64,000 bases of DNA from the human T2T-CHM13v2.0 reference genome, Homo sapiens. The notes beneath the pieces were generated by a model. That model was not told where the DNA came from. It did not search any database and saw nothing but the letters and a program-made list of their open reading frames with translations. The stretch lies in the NCBI RefSeq assembly GCF_009914755.1, contig NC_060940.1; one strand, 5' to 3'. A program made the translations under genes and the position numbers. Positions 59,945-64,000 of this stretch are shown piece after piece. Position 1 is the first letter of the stretch. Every line of letters begins with the position of its first letter.

Positions 59945-60662
59945 GTATGTATGCATCCTGAGTGGGGCTCAGAGCTACAGAGGGCCCTGTGTCTGTGGCA
60001 GAGGAGCAAGGCAAAAGCTGGTGCAAGGGACAGAAAGTCCAACTGAAATGGGCTTAAGCAAAAAACAAAAAAAACTTTATGGACTCATGTTTCTGGAAAG
60101 GCTGGGTTAGGCTTCAGGCATGGCTTGATCCACGGGCTGATCACTAAGATCACTAAGATAGCACTCTATCTTTGTCCCTCAACTGTGCTTGCTCTGTGCT
60201 GGCTTAGCCCTCAAATAGGATCTCCTTATGAGATAATAATATAGCTGGCAGCAGTTCCAGGCTCATGCCCTGCTAGCTTTCAGGCCAGTGGAATAAAATC
60301 TTCTTTTACCCAGTTCTGCCAGCCATGTGCTCATCCCTGACCCAATCGCTATAGGCAGAAGGAGGGAGGGCCCTGCTTGACCAGGCCTGGCACCCCTTTC
60401 TGCACAAAGAGGGCAAAGTGGTGGAACCCCACAGGTGCATAGGGAGTGGGAGAAGGGAGGCACTCATAGAAGAAGAGGGAGATGGGAGATGTGGAGGGGG
60501 CAAAACTGACTGTATCTGCCATGGCCTTGTTCAAGCCAGGTCCATGGCTAGGCTTGTGGGGAAGGGGACTTGGAGAGGAGGCCTCAGGAGGTCCCTCTGA
60601 CTGAGGCTGGGAGGAAGGGCGATACTATGCTTCTGGCCTCCAGCCCCTCTTCCCTCCTGCAG

Positions 60663-60784
60663 CAACTCTCCCCAGCCCTGGTCCCTGCAGAGTTGCTGGC
60701 ACCTCTTACGTACATCTCCCTCGTGGGCTGCAGCATCTCCATCGTGGCCTCGCTGATCACAGTCCTGCTGCACTTCCATTTCAG
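60663..60784 (+). CDS. ADGRG5: ADGRG5 exon 8 (QLSPALVPAELLAPLTYISLVGCSIS...HFR), Stachel end + TM1
   Basis: ctgcag|CAA acceptor, AG|gtatt donor, 122 nt. Confidence 0.95.
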
Positions 60785-61048
60785 GTATTCCGCTGCCACA
60801 GTGCTGGGCCTGCCCTGCACTGTGGCACATCACGCTTCCTTGTGTCCCATTTAGTCCACTAGAACTGGGTGTGCTTCTCCAGAGGGTGGGGACCAGGAGG
60901 CGGGAGACCAGCCTTGTGGTGCGACTGCTGTGGGATCCCTGCCCCTTCTTCGCCTCAGTTTCCCTGTCGGCATGCACCTATGCACCCAGTGGGTAGTGCT
61001 GCCTGGGTGATGTCCCTGGGCCATGGAGGACCATTCTCTCACCTGCAG

Positions 61049-61317
61049 GAAGCAGAGTGACTCCTTAACACGCATCCACATGAACCTGCATGCCTCCGTG
61101 CTGCTCCTGAACATCGCCTTCCTGCTGAGCCCCGCATTCGCAATGTCTCCTGTGCCCGGGTCAGCATGCACGGCTCTGGCCGCTGCCCTGCACTACGCGC
61201 TGCTCAGCTGCCTCACCTGGATGGCCATCGAGGGCTTCAACCTCTACCTCCTCCTCGGGCGTGTCTACAACATCTACATCCGCAGATATGTGTTCAAGCT
61301 TGGTGTGCTAGGCTGGG
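61049..61317 (+). CDS. ADGRG5: ADGRG5 exon 9, TM2-TM3 (IHMNL...LHYALLSCLTWMAIEGFNLY...LGWG)
   Basis: Family B2 signatures HxNL, LHY, WMxxEG, GWG; 269 nt; G|gtaag donor. Confidence 0.96.
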
Positions 61318-61479
61318 GTAAGCACATCATCTCTCCTCGCCTCCTCAGACTTCCAGGTGGGCAGGGTATTGATCCCCTTTAGTCCTTTCTTTCCCCTCCT
61401 CCTCATCGTCATAGTGGCCATTACATGACCACCAGCTGTGAACTCTGTCTACACCCACCTCTACTTTCTATGTTACTAA

Positions 61480-63290
61480 TTTTATCACCTCTTCCACCTC
61501 CATCATCATCATCGTCACCTCCTCCACCACCATTATCACCTCCTCCACCTTCATTATCACCATCACCTCCTCCACCTCCTCCACCACCATTATCACCTCC
61601 TCCACCTTCATTATCACCATCACCTCCTCCACCTCCATCACCACCATCATCATCTCATCCACCTCTGTTATCGCCATCACCTCCTCCACCTTCATCACCA
61701 CCATCGTCACCTCCTCCACGTACATCACCACCTTCTTCACCACCATGATCACCTCCTCCACCTCCATCACCACCTCCTCCACCATCATCACCATCATCAT
61801 CACCTCCTCCACCTCCACCACCTCTTCCACCTCCTTCACCACCACCATCATCTCCTTCACCTCCACCACCACCTCCTCCACCTCCATCACCTCCATCATC
61901 ACCTCCTCAACCTCCATCATCACCTCTTCCACCTCCATCACCTCCATCACCACCACCTCCACCTCTGTCACCTCCATCACTACCTCCTCCACCTCCATCA
62001 CCTCCATCACCACCTCCTCCACCTCCATCACCTCCATCACCACCTCCTCCACCATCATCACCTCCATCACCACCTCCTCCACCTCTATCACCTCCGTGAT
62101 CACCTCCTCCACCTCCGTCATCACCATCATCACCTGCTCCATCTCCTCCACCTCTATCACCACCATCATCACCTCCTCCACCTTCATCATCACCATCACC
62201 TCCTCCACCTCCATCACCACCATCACCATCTCCTCCACCTCCGTTATCGCCATCACCTCCTCCACCTTCATCACCACCATCATCACCTCCTCCACGTACA
62301 TCACCACCTTCTTCACCACCATGATCACCTCCTCCACCTCCATCACCACCTCCTCCACCTTCATCACCATCGTCATCACCTCCTCCACCTCCACCACCTC
62401 CTCCACTTCCTTCACCACCACCATCATCTCCTTCACCTCCACCACCACCTCCTCCACCTCCATCACCTCCATCATCACCTCCTCCACCTCCATCATCATC
62501 ACCTCCACCTCCATCATCTCCATCACCACCACCTCCACCTCCATCACCTCCATCACCACCTCCTCCACCTCCATCAACTCCATCACCACCTCCTCCACCT
62601 CTATCACCTCCATGATCACCTCCTCCACTTCCGTCATCACTATCATCACCTGCTCCATCTCCTCCACCTCTATCACCACCATCATCACCTCCTCCACCTC
62701 CATCATCACCATCACTTCCTCCATCTCCTCCACCTCTATCATCACCATTATCACCTCCTCTACCTCCATCATCACCATCGCCTCCTCCATCTCCTCCACC
62801 TCTATCATCGCCATCATCACCTCCTCCACCTTCATCATCACCATCATCACCTCCTCCATCTCCTCCACCTCTGTCACCACCATCATCACCTCCTCCACCT
62901 CTATCACCATCGTCATCACATCCTCCATCTCCTCCACCTCTGTCATCACCATCGTCACCTCCTCCACCTCCATCATCACCATCACCTCCTCCATCTCCTC
63001 CACCTCTATCATCATCATTACCTCCTCCACGTCTATCATCACCGTCACCTCCTCCATCTTCTCCACCTCTGTCATCACCATCATCTCCTCCACCTGCACT
63101 ATCACCATCATCACCTCCATCTCCTCCACCTCCATCAGCACCATCATCACCTCCTCTACCTCCATTACCGCCTTCATTTTCTCTACCTCCTTCACCACCA
63201 TCACCACCTACTCCACCTCCATCTCCACCATCATCACTTCCTCCACCTTCTCTATCTCCAGCAGCACCATCACTGGTACCTTCATCACCG
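61480..63290. repeat. ~1.8-kb CAC/CAT/CTC triplet-derived tandem repeat in ADGRG5 intron 9
   Basis: Continuous (CACCTCCTCCACCTCCATCAC)-type units; source of the 579-aa and 555-aa low-complexity ORFs. Confidence 0.97.
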
Positions 63291-63610
63291 TCCTTGCCCC
63301 TTTCTTGCTTATTTCTATTTCCTCAGCAGTTCCCCAGTCCTCCCTCCCATTTGCTCCCCACCACCACCTTCCCAGTGTGACCACTCCTCCCTCCACCACT
63401 GTTCCATCGTAGAGCCGTCACTAACATCATCTTGGAGGAGAGCTTCCTCCAAACCACCAGGCTCATTGCTCTGAAGTTGGGGGCTCACAACAGTCTCCTC
63501 TCAGTTGTCCCTTGACCAGTGAAATTCTGTGTCAGCAGCCCCAGGGACCGCCCCAGGGACCGAGGGTCAGCCCTCTCCCACATCTCCTGAGCCTTTGTCC
63601 CACCCCTCAG

Positions 63611-63728
63611 GGGCCCCAGCCCTCCTGGTGCTGCTTTCCCTCTCTGTCAAGAGCTCGGTATACGGACCCTGCACAATCCCCGTCTTCGACAGCTGGGAGA
63701 ATGGCACAGGCTTCCAGAACATGTCCAT
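63611..63728 (+). CDS. ADGRG5: ADGRG5 exon 10, TM4-ECL2 (APALLVLLSLSVK...GFQNMS); gene continues beyond window
   Basis: ctcag|GG acceptor, AT|gtgag donor, 118 nt. Confidence 0.93.
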
Positions 63729-64000
63729 GTGAGTGCCCTCAGGGCTGCAGTGGGCTCCCTGGCTCTGGCAGAAGGGCCACATGGGCCTGGGGCTCCAAAT
63801 GGAATATCCTGTAGGCAAAGCACTGGCTGTGGGGCAGAGAGGGAGCTGGGGCTTAGACAGGGGAGTTTGCAGGGGGCTCCACCACATCCCTTCCATGGAT
63901 CCAGGTCTCCTGCAGAGGCAGCCTTGTGTTCTATGCTGGTGAAGTCTACGAAGCCAGCGTCTGCTCGCCAACCTGCCAGGGCAGCCGGGCCTCCCGCCTC

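Noticed and set aside
61468-63412. 579-aa (M/V/E-rich) and 555-aa (T/S/I-rich, mucin-like) ORFs
   Set aside because: By-products of a stop-free triplet repeat within an intron; the flanking ADGRG5 exons splice in frame without them
63930-63945. ATGCTGGTG as the start of the next ADGRG5 exon (expected ...ICWVR)
   Set aside because: No AG acceptor directly upstream and the frame does not give CWV; the next exon is beyond the window

Overview
Primate (almost certainly human, recognised as the chr16q21 region) genomic DNA containing two divergent protein-coding genes. CCDC102A lies complete on the minus strand: non-coding exon 1 sits in a CpG island near 29.7 kb, and eight coding exons run 22375 to 5949. 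By my hand splicing they join to 1653 nt = 550 codons + TAG. ADGRG5/GPR114, an adhesion GPCR, lies on the plus strand: non-coding exon near 35.9 kb, then nine coding exons 55287-63728 covering the signal peptide, GAIN/GPS domain, Stachel and TM1-TM4; its 3' end is outside the window. The rest is Alu/L1/MIR/L2-rich intron, with a full-length Tigger1, two MaLR solo LTRs and a 1.8-kb triplet-derived repeat. There is no prokaryotic-type system (CRISPR etc.). The most unusual structure is a layered set of templated copies in CCDC102A intron 3. It comprises a 585-bp, ~98.5% identical inverted repeat of unique sequence that splits an Alu, an 80-bp insert stitched from two pieces flanking exon 6 (creating a candidate 18-nt micro-exon), and an older 153-bp copy that preserves the pre-insertion state. 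A second templated duplication and a probable Alu-mediated inversion lie in ADGRG5 intron 1. Coordinates and identities were counted by hand; repeat family names are from recognition, not a database search.
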